From the NCBI GenBank assembly GCA_965116875.1, contig OZ220733.1, forward strand, positions 928,001 through 992,000: 64,000 nucleotides of DNA, given 5' to 3'. The position numbers and the translations under genes were made by a program. The notes below the pieces were generated by a model, which was not told the origin of the DNA, made no database searches, and saw only the letters and a list, made by a program, of their open reading frames with translations. Position 1 is the stretch's first letter. Each line of letters begins with the position of its first letter. The DNA is from Candidatus Latescibacterota bacterium. Lineage in GTDB: Bacteria > Latescibacterota > UBA2968 > GCA-2709665. Shown one piece after another: positions 20,094 to 30,270 of this stretch.

Positions 20094-21137
20094 CTACCCG
20101 CTCAATACCTCGCGATCACGGTCCTTTCCCGTCAGCGGCAAATCTACCCATGAGCCGTTTCCGGCATGGGAGACGTGAAAACCCACAATTGCCTCCAGCG
20201 TCCGCGCGGCTTCCGATGCCGCGTACGGAAAGGCCGATTCACCATCCAGCCATTCCACAATCTCAACCACCGCCCTGGCCATTGAAGATTCAGTATTCGC
20301 AGGATCCGTCCAGGCTTCCCCCCGCCCGTCCCTGAACTCGACGATCACGTCCCTGCCGTCAAGCACGGCGGAGCCTTCAGTGCCATGAACGGAGATCAGC
20401 GGCGGCAGCGTCCCATAATCCGAGGCGTCTACCGTACAGATCAACCCGCGCTCGAGGCGAAGCATGCCCCAGCCGCCGGGGTCCCGGAACTGGGCCCCGC
20501 GGCAATCCGGCTTTCCGGAGAGGTCCAGCGTACCCGACACGGCCTCGACGGTCCGCCCCGTCAACATCTGGATGGTATCGATGAAATGCGTACCCACGTT
20601 GCCCAGCCTGCCCGATCCCCATTGCATGGATGCGGACGTCAGTTTTCCCAACCCCCCGCCGGAAATGAGGTCCCGCAGACGCCGGGCGTTGGTCTGAAAC
20701 CGCCGGTTGTGGTTCACAATGAGGAGCGTACCGCCGTCGTCGCACGCCTTCAGCATACGCTGGGCGTCCGAAGCCCGGGTGGCGACGGGTTTTTCACAAT
20801 AGACGGCACGCACACCCTGCTCCGCGCATGCGACCGTGACCTCGGCATGAACGGGCGCATAGGTGGCAACGCTTACGATATCCAGCGACTCCGCGGCCAG
20901 CATCTCGCGCCAATCGGCGAACGTGGACACACCCGTACGTTGCTCGAAACGCGCCCTGCGCCCCCTGTCCCTGCTGGACCCTGACGCCAGATCGACCCTG
21001 GGATGCCCCGTCAACGCATCGACATGGGTCCCGTCCAGATCGCTCACCACCTGTCCGATTGCGTCACCCGACACCTGGTCCGCGCCGCCGATGAAACCGA
21101 GACCCACAATCCCCGCGCGATAGGTTTTACCAGCCAT
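20094..21137 (-). CDS. Gfo/Idh/MocA family oxidoreductase
   Basis: IVGLGFIG, YCEKPVA, NHNRRF, GTHFID. Confidence 0.92.
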   Translation of the reverse strand: MAGKTYRAGIVGLGFIGGADQVSGDAIGQVVSDLDGTHVDALTGHPRVDLASGSSRDRGRRARFEQRTGVSTFADWREMLAAESLDIVSVATYAPVHAEVTVACAEQGVRAVYCEKPVATRASDAQRMLKACDDGGTLLIVNHNRRFQTNARRLRDLISGGGLGKLTSASMQWGSGRLGNVGTHFIDTIQMLTGRTVEAVSGTLDLSGKPDCRGAQFRDPGGWGMLRLERGLICTVDASDYGTLPPLISVHGTEGSAVLDGRDVIVEFRDGRGEAWTDPANTESSMARAVVEIVEWLDGESAFPYAASEAARTLEAIVGFHVSHAGNGSWVDLPLTGKDRDREVLSG

Positions 21138-21258
21138 GTATCCTCCTCGTCCCGCTCGACGACGCGGGATCCGACGCTCCGTTCCCGTCTCCCGTGCCGG
21201 ATTGCGCAGCCGGATTTGTGTCGTTCGTTCGGTCGGTCCCGGTCAAAAACGGGTTTCG

Positions 21259-21882
21259 TCACCCGTCCAATTCCACGGCCCGCCAGAGGTACCAGCTCGC
21301 CACCGACCGGTACGGACGCCAGATCTCACCGTGTTCCAGCAACTCCGCCTGGTCGGGCAGGTCGCTCAACCCGTAGGTGAACATGAACCCCTTTCTCACG
21401 CCCAGGTCCTTCACCGGAAGCACGTCCCCCCGGCCGAGATCGAATATCAGCATCATCTGCACGGTCCACTCGCCAACCCCCCGGACGCGGACAAATCGCT
21501 CGATAATCTCGTCGTCGGACATCCCGCTCAGCCGCCGCCCCGACGGGACCGCGCCTTCGACGGTCTTTGCGGCAAGGTCTTTCACCGCCGCCACCTTGGC
21601 CCGGGACATCCCGGCGCCGCGGAACGCCTCCGCCGGGACAGCCAGGACCTGTTCCGGCTCTGGATGCATTTTTTCAGGAAACAGTTCCAGAACGCGGCCG
21701 TAGATGGTTCCGGCCGCCTTGCCCGAAAGCTGCTGGTAGACAATCGAGCGCATCAACGCACGAAACGGATGGTACGGCGCCCGCGCTTCCAGGAGGCATG
21801 GTCCCGCCCGTTCCATCAGACGTCCCAGCGAGGCGTCCACTCCTGCAAGCGCCGCAACCGCTTCATCGGGATCGTATGTCAA
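21259..21882 (-). CDS. DNA-3-methyladenine glycosylase II (AlkA-like HhH-GPD)
   Basis: IVYQQLSGKAA, RGVGEWT HhH, DVLPVKDLG, WRPYRS. Confidence 0.92.
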   Translation of the reverse strand: MTYDPDEAVAALAGVDASLGRLMERAGPCLLEARAPYHPFRALMRSIVYQQLSGKAAGTIYGRVLELFPEKMHPEPEQVLAVPAEAFRGAGMSRAKVAAVKDLAAKTVEGAVPSGRRLSGMSDDEIIERFVRVRGVGEWTVQMMLIFDLGRGDVLPVKDLGVRKGFMFTYGLSDLPDQAELLEHGEIWRPYRSVASWYLWRAVELDG

Positions 21883-21918
21883 TCCATTTTCGATATCCGT
21901 CTCCGCGTCACTATTCGT

Positions 21919-22881
21919 TCAGTCCGCGGCCCGGCTCCCGGTCTCCAATGCAGCGGCAAGAGCCACCGCGCCCAACAGTCCGGAGTTGCCTTTCAGCAGG
22001 GCGGGAAGGATTTTCAGTTGCGGCCGGTGTACGGGCATCAGAAACCGGTCCGCCTGTTCGCGAAGCGGCTCCAGGAGTACGTTGCCGGCATTGGCCACGC
22101 TGCCGCCGATCACAATGGCCTCGGGCGCGAGCGCATTCATTGCCGCCGCCACGCCCATGCCCAGAAAGCGGCAGGTTTCATTCACCAGTTCAAGGGCCAG
22201 CCCGTCGCCGGCCCGCGCGGCATTGAAGACCGCCTTGGCCGAAACCGGACCTTCCGCAGCCTGACGGATCCCGGTACCCCGCCATGGTTGTCTGCGCACG
22301 GCCTCCTCCCCGCGCCGTCCGATGGCCGTGCCGGATGAAAGGGCTTCCAGACAACCCCGATTGCCGCAGTCGCAAAGCGGGCCCTCGGGAAGCACCGGCA
22401 CGTGTCCGAGTTCTCCCGCGTTCCCGTTGGCGCCGCGGTAAATCTCACCGTCGATGATGATTCCCGCACCGATGCCGGTGCCGATGTTGTAATAGACCAT
22501 GTGGCGGCAGCCCCGGCCCGCGCCGAACGTCAATTCACCCAGCGCCCCCGCGTTGGCATCGTTATCCACAATCGCGGGTATCCCCAGGTCTCCCTGAATT
22601 GTCTCGGGGAGGGCCAGATTGTCCCAACCCGCAACGTGTGTGGAGTTAACGATCCGCTGGGAAGCGAAATCCACCGGACCGCCAAAACTGATTCCGCACG
22701 CGGACACCGCTTCGGGGGATGACGCAAGCAGCCGGCGCCCGACTTTCAGGACTCGCTCGATCATCCACCGGGCGCCGCCGGAACGATCGGTGGAACCGGT
22801 CGTACGTTGATGAATACGACCGTCGGACGTACCCAGCGCCAGACTGTAATTGGTGCCGCCAATATCCACCGCAAGGATCAT
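21919..22881 (-). CDS. ROK family sugar kinase
   Basis: AVDIGGT, DNDANAGALGE, GTGIGAG, AGELGH, CDCGNRGCLE. Confidence 0.93.
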   Translation of the reverse strand: MILAVDIGGTNYSLALGTSDGRIHQRTTGSTDRSGGARWMIERVLKVGRRLLASSPEAVSACGISFGGPVDFASQRIVNSTHVAGWDNLALPETIQGDLGIPAIVDNDANAGALGELTFGAGRGCRHMVYYNIGTGIGAGIIIDGEIYRGANGNAGELGHVPVLPEGPLCDCGNRGCLEALSSGTAIGRRGEEAVRRQPWRGTGIRQAAEGPVSAKAVFNAARAGDGLALELVNETCRFLGMGVAAAMNALAPEAIVIGGSVANAGNVLLEPLREQADRFLMPVHRPQLKILPALLKGNSGLLGAVALAAALETGSRAAD

Positions 22882-22895
22882 GAATACGCGGCCTC

Positions 22896-23059
22896 AGAAG
22901 CTGTTTTGAAATTTCCGGTGAGTTCCCGAGCGCGAGCGAAAAAGTGGCGGTCAAGGCGGGAAAATCCGCCCATATTTGTCTATACGGGCGGGTTTGACCA
23001 ACGCCGACCGGCGCTTTTGCAGCCGTGCGAAGACCGCTGGGAATTTTAAGACAGCTTCT
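22896..23059. mobile_element. MITE family A, long copy (~164 bp)
   Basis: Ends AGAAGCTGTTTTGAAATT / AATTTTAAGACAGCTTCT are inverted repeats; shares both arms with 26360-26444. Confidence 0.75.
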
Positions 23060-23823
23060 TAGCCCGCCAACCCGCGGTCGCGAAGGTAGTCCATCGACTG
23101 CTCGATCCGTCGTTCCACGTCGCTCCGCGTCAGCGTTTCACCCTGGATGCCTTCCAGCTCGAGCGTGTACGGCCCGTTGCGTCCGTGACCGGCGAAGATC
23201 TCGAATACGGAGGGAAAGTCCACGATCCCCTCGCCGAGGGCGGGAAAATGCCAGGTTTGAAAGGCGCCGTTCGTATCCTTCAGATGCACGGCCGCCACCG
23301 CGTGGGACACCCTTCGAAACTGCTCGACCGAATCCACGCCTTCATTGTAATAGTGGACGTTGGCCGTATCGAAATTGATGCGGATGTTGGGATGATTCAC
23401 GCTTCGCATCGTCTCCAGCGCCACGTCGGCATTCGTGATCAGATCCGGGTGCGTTTCCATGGCCACGACAATTTCCCGTTCGGCCGCGGCGTCACCGATA
23501 TCCTGCAGCCTCCCGTAGACGAAATCCCGGTCTATGCCTCCCGTCTTTACGCTCGTGAACACCAGACCGACCCCCATCTCCGCCACGGTATTCAGCGAGT
23601 GCGTGAACCTCTGGACCACGTCGTCCGCGTGCATCTCACAGCGAATGATCAGACTTGACGCGCGCAGTCCGAAACCGTCCAGTTCACGCTGAACCGCATC
23701 CGTCTTATCGGCCTCCGGGCATGGAATCTCCACGTAGTTCAGTCCGATCCGGGCAAGATGCTCGTACGCGCCGTCCCGGTACTGTCTGTAGCTGTTCAGA
23801 TTGCAGGCAATCAGGTTTGCCAT
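23059..23823 (-). CDS. Sugar phosphate isomerase/epimerase (xylose isomerase-like TIM barrel)
   Basis: METH, NFDTAN, VHLKD, LGEGIVDF, LELE; ATG at 23823 with GGAGG. Confidence 0.88.
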   Translation of the reverse strand: MANLIACNLNSYRQYRDGAYEHLARIGLNYVEIPCPEADKTDAVQRELDGFGLRASSLIIRCEMHADDVVQRFTHSLNTVAEMGVGLVFTSVKTGGIDRDFVYGRLQDIGDAAAEREIVVAMETHPDLITNADVALETMRSVNHPNIRINFDTANVHYYNEGVDSVEQFRRVSHAVAAVHLKDTNGAFQTWHFPALGEGIVDFPSVFEIFAGHGRNGPYTLELEGIQGETLTRSDVERRIEQSMDYLRDRGLAG

Positions 23824-23831
23824 AAATCCTC

Positions 23832-25088
23832 CTATCCGTACCGAACCCAACGAACCATTTCCGACAACGTCGCCCGTTTTCCCCTCATGAGGATCCCGAC
23901 CCTGTAGATCCGGGCTGCCGCCCACATGATCCCGGCAATCGTGCCGATCAGAATCAGAATGGACGCCGCGATTTCGATCCACGGAGGCGTGAGGACGTTC
24001 ACCCGGACGATCATGATCATTGGCGCAAAAAACGGAATCAGCGACATCACCACGGACGGTGCGGCGCCGGGCTGCCGGGTAATGAACGTCATTGCGAGCA
24101 GCGAGAGGATCATGGGCACGATCACGAGGATCTGCAGGTGCTGCGCGTCCTGCTCAGTGTCGCAGATTGCGCCGATAATTGCGTAGAGTGTGGCATACAG
24201 AAAATAGCCCAGAACAAAATAGACGCCGAAGTAGACCACCATACCCGTTTCGATCGCGAAGGGCAGGTTGGGCCCGAATGCCATCCTGCCGTACGCCGTG
24301 GCCAGAAGACCCACGCCGATCCACACCGTGACCTGAACCAGGCTGGCGGCTCCGATACCCAGAATCTTGCCCGCCATCATCTGCAACGGATCGACCGATG
24401 AAAGCATCACCTCGACCATGCGGGTGGATTTTTCTTCCAGGACACCGCGCATCACCATGATGCCATAGATAATGGTAACCATATAAAGCAGCATTGCAAA
24501 TGCGAACGAAGTGAAATATTCCCGGGCAAACCCGCTCTTCTTCTCCTTACCCTTGACGATTTTAAGCGTCTGCAACTGCACCCTGCGGGTCCATTTTCTC
24601 ACCGATTCCGGGTCCAGCCCCCGCTGAGCGAGCCTGTGGGCAACCACGATTTGACTCAACGCGCTTCGCAATCGCCCGACCTGTCGGATATCGCTCACGT
24701 TTTTCCCGTAGAACCCGGCCTCGCCCTTCTCGAAAACGTCGGGAGGCACGACCAGGTAGGCGTCCAGTTTTCCCGCGTTGATCTCGGAGGTGAGCTGTCG
24801 CCGCGTGGTTTCCGGATCGGGACCGGGCCGTACTTCCTGCAACAGATATTCCGGTCGTCCGTCCTTGAGTCGTTCGTCCAGGCGGTCTTCGAGCGGCTGA
24901 TACAGAATCCCGGTCTGGTCCACCACCGCAATACGCTTCTGCTTGCCCATGTCTACCCGCGCCAGAAGGACGGGGACGAGGACGCTGGCCGCGACGAATA
25001 CCGGCACCAGGAACAGGCCGATGAGGAAGCTCTTCTTCCGGACGATCTCTATGAACTCCCGTCGGACGATCTTCAATGTCTTATTCAT
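23832..25088 (-). CDS. ABC-2 type transporter permease (NatB/YhaP-like)
   Basis: REF...RKKSF, EEKSTRMVEVMLSS, GKILG, multiple TM helices. Confidence 0.9.
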   Translation of the reverse strand: MNKTLKIVRREFIEIVRKKSFLIGLFLVPVFVAASVLVPVLLARVDMGKQKRIAVVDQTGILYQPLEDRLDERLKDGRPEYLLQEVRPGPDPETTRRQLTSEINAGKLDAYLVVPPDVFEKGEAGFYGKNVSDIRQVGRLRSALSQIVVAHRLAQRGLDPESVRKWTRRVQLQTLKIVKGKEKKSGFAREYFTSFAFAMLLYMVTIIYGIMVMRGVLEEKSTRMVEVMLSSVDPLQMMAGKILGIGAASLVQVTVWIGVGLLATAYGRMAFGPNLPFAIETGMVVYFGVYFVLGYFLYATLYAIIGAICDTEQDAQHLQILVIVPMILSLLAMTFITRQPGAAPSVVMSLIPFFAPMIMIVRVNVLTPPWIEIAASILILIGTIAGIMWAAARIYRVGILMRGKRATLSEMVRWVRYG

Positions 25089-25998
25089 CCTGTTCTTCCC
25101 CGGAATCTTCGCCGCCAACAGCTATTAAAAAGATATCCCTGAGAGACGGCTCCGAAACTTCGAACCGTTGTACCTGAGCCGCGGAAAGCGCATGTCTCAG
25201 CAGGTCGCCAGGGTCGGCGCCCGGCTGGAGCTCAACCTCCACGTGATTCCCGTGATTTTCCGCATGCCGAACCAGGTTCGTATCCTTGAGAAAATCGTCC
25301 CTCCCCTGGAAAGCAATACGCAACCGGTTCCTTCTATAAAGGGACTTCAATTCCGGTACCGTGCCTTCCAGTACCTTCCTGCCGCGGTTGATCAGACAGA
25401 TCCGGTCGCAGAGCGCTTCCGCGTCCTCCATCTGGTGCGTGGAAAAAATGAGAATCTTGCCCTCGCGCGTTATATCTTGCATGATCTCCTTCAGTACGGC
25501 CACGTTGATCGGATCCAACCCGCTGAACGGCTCGTCGAGAATCAGGAGATCGGGATCATGCATGATGGTCGCGATGAATTGCAGCTTCTGCTGCATACCC
25601 TTGGAAAGCTGATCAACCCGCCGGTTCGACCATTCCGACAGGCCCATCCGTTCCAGCCACTCTCCCGCGCGGCCTGCCGCTTCCGAGCGGGAAAGCGACT
25701 TGATCTCCCCAAGAAACACCAGCAGGTCCATTACCCGCATTTTGGGATACAGCCCTCGTTCTTCGGGCAGGTAGCCAAGCCGGTCCCTCGACAGTCCCGC
25801 GCCCCCGTTGCCGTAATCGATGGTTCCCGAATCCGGCCCGTATATTCCCAGGATGGTACGAATCGTCGTGGTCTTGCCCGCGCCGTTGGGGCCCAGCAGA
25901 CCGAAGGTCTCACCCGCGGCGATCTCCAGATCCAACCCGTCCACCGCCGTGACGCCGTCGAACGTCTTCGTGACCTGTTGAAGCAGAATCCTGCGCAT
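25081..25998 (-). CDS. ABC transporter ATP-binding protein
   Basis: GPNGAGKTT, YLPEERGLY, LSKGMQQK, ILDEPFSGLD. Confidence 0.95.
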   Translation of the reverse strand: MRRILLQQVTKTFDGVTAVDGLDLEIAAGETFGLLGPNGAGKTTTIRTILGIYGPDSGTIDYGNGGAGLSRDRLGYLPEERGLYPKMRVMDLLVFLGEIKSLSRSEAAGRAGEWLERMGLSEWSNRRVDQLSKGMQQKLQFIATIMHDPDLLILDEPFSGLDPINVAVLKEIMQDITREGKILIFSTHQMEDAEALCDRICLINRGRKVLEGTVPELKSLYRRNRLRIAFQGRDDFLKDTNLVRHAENHGNHVEVELQPGADPGDLLRHALSAAQVQRFEVSEPSLRDIFLIAVGGEDSGEEQDE

Positions 25999-26084
25999 AG
26001 GGTTCTCCGCTACTGATCCAAACGGGATATGCGTAGGGGGTTCTCCGTTACCGGAGGCTGAAGGTCAACACTGAACAGGCTTAA

Positions 26085-26160
26085 CCTCTTTAATTCACAA
26101 AAACCCAAACGAACATGGATAAACAGGATAGACAGGATAAAAGCCAAAACCGAACAGGAT
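26085..26160. repeat. Dispersed repeat with ACAGGAT-type units, copy 2
   Basis: Matches 2509-2567 over ~60 bp. Confidence 0.8.
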
Positions 26161-26359
26161 GAGAAACCAGGAGCAGGACAAATGCTCACTTTTCCGTGCA
26201 AGAATAATCGACGCCTACCTCTGCAAACTGCGCAACATCACACCGAACAACCAGATTCCGCATTTCTTCAGGTGCTGTCGTAAAAAAACCTCGCGGTATT
26301 TATCGAAATACAACCGGTTATACAACAGAACCACCGGTCTTTGTGAATAATTCAGGTTC

Positions 26360-26444
26360 AGAAGATATCTTAAATTTCCCAGCGGTCTTCGCACGGCTGC
26401 AAAAGGCCGGTCGGGAACTCACCGGCAAATTTAAGACAACTTCT
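26360..26444. mobile_element. MITE family A, short internally deleted copy (inverted orientation)
   Basis: Reverse complement joins the left arm (CCGGTGAGTTCCCGA) directly to the right arm (TTTTGCAGCCGTGCGAAGACCGCTGGGAA) of the 22896 copy. Confidence 0.75.
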
Positions 26445-26764
26445 AAAATACGAGCAGCGGGAAGGGCGCGCAACAGGACTTTCCCGGCCGTTGAATAACA
26501 CCCAACGGCCGCCCCTGAGTGGCTGGCCCGTATTGCGCAAATAAAAAGACGCCGGCCGCACAATGTACGATCGACGTCTTTCGGGAGGGATGTAGCATGG
26601 TTGTACCGCTTAGACGCATTTCGAACAAGATAGTTTCAGAATCTTCAGCGAAAACGTCCGATATCCACTGGCTTAATCTTTCTGCTGTTTTGAGTGCAAG
26701 GTTTCTCGTGCAGAGGGTCGCTTCAAGGTCGTCAGTCCGTCGCCTTCCACGCCTCGGCTTCTCG

Positions 26765-28015
26765 TCAATCCAGATGACGTTTCGCGAGCCTGCCAACGTA
26801 ACTCCCGGTGGCCGTCACCTGTGCCGCCAGCCAATACTGAAGTGCCAGCGGCTTAAGCGGCTGTTCGCTCAGATAGACCTGGTGCCAGCCCTTGCCGATG
26901 ACCGCCAGCCGGGAGCCAAGGACCGCAAAGCCGATCACCATCGATGGGACGCAAAGAAACGCCACCACCGGGATCAGCGGCGGAAACGCAATCGCCATTG
27001 CGGCCAGGAGCCCTGATACGGCCGCCCCGCTGACTCCTGCCGTGACGACGGATCTGACGATGGCGCGGTACATTTCGCCTTCCGTGATCTCGCCTCTTTG
27101 ATACAGGAGACCGCATTCCAACACGGCCACGACTGCCGCCATCGCCGCCGCGACCGAGGCGCCCTTCAAGGCACATCTTGTCGTCTCCAGAAGCGTCGCA
27201 CGCAAGGCGTTGCCGTTAAGGGCACGCTGTGCGGCATCCAGTTCCGTGGCTGTCATCCGGTCGCTGCCCCGCGCGCGATTCAGGGAGGCGTTTTCAAAAA
27301 TGCCGTTTGACGCCGAGTCACTGCCACCTTGGCTATACGCCTTGACGTGACTCCAATCCATGCCCTCCAACGCGTTCGCCGTTGCATCGGGCCCTGCTGC
27401 CCGGATCTGTTCCGGAATCGTCTCCCAGACCCTTTTTGCCGCGGCCAGATCTCGTGGCTCCCCCCGCGTTCCGGCGTACAAATACTTTGTCGGATCCAGG
27501 TCTTTCCAGTCGAGGTTTCGCGAAAATCGGGAAAGGTGGCCGTATGTTTCCCAGAATGGCGTCGGGTCGCGAATAACCTCCTGCATTTTCTGGAAAGGTG
27601 CCTCTGTTCGTACCTTCTCCCAAACCCGGATAGATGCATCCCTGACACCGTCTGCGACCTGTTCCACTCCGCCGCGAGCTTTTTCGGCAGACCGCGTAGC
27701 CGCATCCTTTGCAACTGAGGCGACGTGAGTTGTTCCAATTCGCGTCTTGTCGGTGGACCAGGTTGCCGCGTTCTTGATTCCCACCGCAACCCGTGACGCC
27801 GGCCTGCGGACCTTCTTGGCCGCCGAAGGAGCATTACACGTTTCGTTCTCAACAGTTCCTTCCATTGCCTGGATCTCCATAGTGGACTCGAATATTGCAC
27901 CATTCGCGAAGGAATCGCCCGGCTGCGCCGCATTGACACGTTCCGCGAGGAGAGGTTTCGAATATTGGCTTGAAAGCTTCCAGTTCTTTGTACCGTGACT
28001 CCAATCTTCCGTCAT
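26765..28015 (-). CDS. Hypothetical protein with an HNH-like nuclease motif and C-terminal membrane helices
   Basis: DWSHVKAYSQGGSDSASNGIFENASLNRARG resembles a His-Me finger; long hydrophobic C-terminus; ATG overlaps the helicase TGA (alternative starts at 27880 and 27865). Confidence 0.65.
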   Translation of the reverse strand: MTEDWSHGTKNWKLSSQYSKPLLAERVNAAQPGDSFANGAIFESTMEIQAMEGTVENETCNAPSAAKKVRRPASRVAVGIKNAATWSTDKTRIGTTHVASVAKDAATRSAEKARGGVEQVADGVRDASIRVWEKVRTEAPFQKMQEVIRDPTPFWETYGHLSRFSRNLDWKDLDPTKYLYAGTRGEPRDLAAAKRVWETIPEQIRAAGPDATANALEGMDWSHVKAYSQGGSDSASNGIFENASLNRARGSDRMTATELDAAQRALNGNALRATLLETTRCALKGASVAAAMAAVVAVLECGLLYQRGEITEGEMYRAIVRSVVTAGVSGAAVSGLLAAMAIAFPPLIPVVAFLCVPSMVIGFAVLGSRLAVIGKGWHQVYLSEQPLKPLALQYWLAAQVTATGSYVGRLAKRHLD

Positions 28016-30270
28016 CGCTCATGCGCTAATAGTTCTCGAGCGATCACTGGCAATGCGGACAAGTTCAGTCGACTAGACAGTGCGTCTGAAAACACCAATT
28101 CGTCTCCCAGAAAAGGGTGGAATTTCTCGAAGATTAAAGCGTTCGCACGGTCTTGTATCAGGTCTGGCAAGTCCACTCTACCGCGCGCAATCTCCTCGAG
28201 TTGAGAAATAAGACGATTGGACTGAAATTTCGGCGAGGACACATCAAGTATTCCATCGAACATCCCGACGCGGTAGCCGAGGGCCGTCAACACAATAGCC
28301 AGCGAGGCAGAGCCAATTGTTCCTTTCCAAGGTGCGAGGAGATAACGATCGTCGGCGAATGACTGTATGGGCTCGTTATCGAGGCCCGAATGCCTGTAAG
28401 CCGCCCTGGCGGAAGACAATACCATTGCGGCTGTCTTATCGAGATAAGGCGGCATGATGTCGGCGAGCAGGACCGCACGCATACGTGCAACGACGGAGTC
28501 GTGAACCTCGCCCGCTTCACCACCGAATCGAGGCGGTTTTCCTGTAGGATCCGGCACCACGTCGATAATCTTGTCCCGGTCATTGACTTCAAGAACACGC
28601 CAGCGCCTTCCGACAAAAATAACGGTTATGTCTTCTGCGATAGGCGCATGGACCGGTAACGTCCCTAGCGTTCTTGATCCGTGTATTACGCGGTATTCCT
28701 GTGGCGTGCGAAAGACCGCATAGAAACTATAGTGCTCAACGATCCTCTCACCCTCTCGGCCGAGTAGAAGCGCTCCGTCCTGTGACTGTTCTATCAGACC
28801 AGTGTCTGGTTCACCGAGCTGACGCAATAGTCGTGCAAACAACAAAGGCTCGACTGACCGAAAGGGACCGCGTCTGCAAAGGATTGCAAAAAGACGCTCG
28901 GCGGATACACCCCCGTGTTCCGCGATTACTGAAAGTACCTGATGCGTAAGTGTTGAGAGGTGTAGAGCTTCGGACTTTGGAGGTTCGCACCAGCCCTCCA
29001 AAAGCAATTCAAGCATAGCAATCGAACGGATCAATCCCAGGTGAAGCCTCTCGATTGGATGCGACTCTCCGTCAATCTTCGGCTCGATGGTATACATGCG
29101 CAGCACTGCGGGCTCACCTGCGCGTCGCCCGGACCTGCCAAGCCGTTGACGCAGAGCCGAGACTGACCACGGTGCGCCGATCTGCCCGACGCAAACCACA
29201 TTGCCGATATCGATGCCGAGTTCCAAAGTAGAAGTGCAGACCGTCGTGACAGGAAGCTGTCCCTCCCTGAGCCGCTTTTCAACAAACCCACGGTGCTCCC
29301 GAGAAAGGCTCGCGTGATGCGGAAGAAACTCGTTTGGAAGATGCCGGTCCTCGCACATTTGACGAAGCATGTCTGAATAGACTTCCACATTTTCTCGAGA
29401 GCCTGCGAAGACCAGATTGTTGTGCCCACGCAGTTTTTCAAATATGTGCTCGGCCACAGCCCTCGTCGCAGATTGATTCTGCCCAAAGGCATCATCGGGA
29501 TCGGCATCTTCCGACTCACGGTTCCCGGTATGTCCGCGCGCAACGTATGTACGCAACTGTGATCGCAACTCCTGTCCATCTGACTGACTAACTATCTGTC
29601 TCACCTGTTCCGGCGCCTCGGGACGCAGGTATCTGTTGGCCAGGTCCAAATCTCCCAAGGTCGCCGACAACCCGACCCGACGAATACGCCTGCCTGTGGA
29701 GAGTTCAAGCCGCGTGAGTAGAGATCGCAAATGAACGCCACGTTCGGAGTCAAGAAGCGCATGAAGTTCGTCGATCACAATCGCTTGCGTGTCTGAAAAC
29801 AGGCGTGGTATATCCGCACCGCGTAGAACAAACATGGCTTCGAGCGACTCGGGCGTGATCAGTAGAATGCCACTCGGGTCCTTCCTGGCGCGAGCCTTAA
29901 CACCTTGCGAGATATCGCCGTGCCATGGATGCACAGGCACGTCAACCGCCTCGCATAGGTCTTCAAGCCTCCGAAATTGGTCATTTATCAAGGCTCGCAG
30001 GGGACCCACATAGACCAGGTCAAACCCCTCACCTTCCTGACCGTCATAAACTTTGGATATCAGCGGCAAAAACGCCGCTTCCGTCTTCCCACCAGCAGTT
30101 GCAGCGCTTACAATAACGTCGTCGTCATTGTCAATCAGCATTGGGATCGCGCGTTCTTGAATGTCCCGCAACGACGACCATTCCTTTTGCCAAATCCAGC
30201 GCCGTACAGGCTCCGCGAGCAGATCGAACGACCTGGACTCCCGTTCAGAGGCGGAAACTGGCGAGGTCAT
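28012..30270 (-). CDS. Lhr-like DEAD/DEAH box helicase (Shango SngC-like)
   Basis: LRDIQ Q-motif, AATAGGKT, PLRALINDQ, TPESLE, DELH, SAT, TSTLELGIDIG, QRLGRSGRR. Confidence 0.9.
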   Translation of the reverse strand: MTSPVSASERESRSFDLLAEPVRRWIWQKEWSSLRDIQERAIPMLIDNDDDVIVSAATAGGKTEAAFLPLISKVYDGQEGEGFDLVYVGPLRALINDQFRRLEDLCEAVDVPVHPWHGDISQGVKARARKDPSGILLITPESLEAMFVLRGADIPRLFSDTQAIVIDELHALLDSERGVHLRSLLTRLELSTGRRIRRVGLSATLGDLDLANRYLRPEAPEQVRQIVSQSDGQELRSQLRTYVARGHTGNRESEDADPDDAFGQNQSATRAVAEHIFEKLRGHNNLVFAGSRENVEVYSDMLRQMCEDRHLPNEFLPHHASLSREHRGFVEKRLREGQLPVTTVCTSTLELGIDIGNVVCVGQIGAPWSVSALRQRLGRSGRRAGEPAVLRMYTIEPKIDGESHPIERLHLGLIRSIAMLELLLEGWCEPPKSEALHLSTLTHQVLSVIAEHGGVSAERLFAILCRRGPFRSVEPLLFARLLRQLGEPDTGLIEQSQDGALLLGREGERIVEHYSFYAVFRTPQEYRVIHGSRTLGTLPVHAPIAEDITVIFVGRRWRVLEVNDRDKIIDVVPDPTGKPPRFGGEAGEVHDSVVARMRAVLLADIMPPYLDKTAAMVLSSARAAYRHSGLDNEPIQSFADDRYLLAPWKGTIGSASLAIVLTALGYRVGMFDGILDVSSPKFQSNRLISQLEEIARGRVDLPDLIQDRANALIFEKFHPFLGDELVFSDALSSRLNLSALPVIARELLAHER

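Noticed and set aside
26443-26796. 117-aa minus-strand ORF as a fifth gene of the defence locus
   Set aside because: Weak start, no motif, overlaps the upstream gene and ends in the MITE
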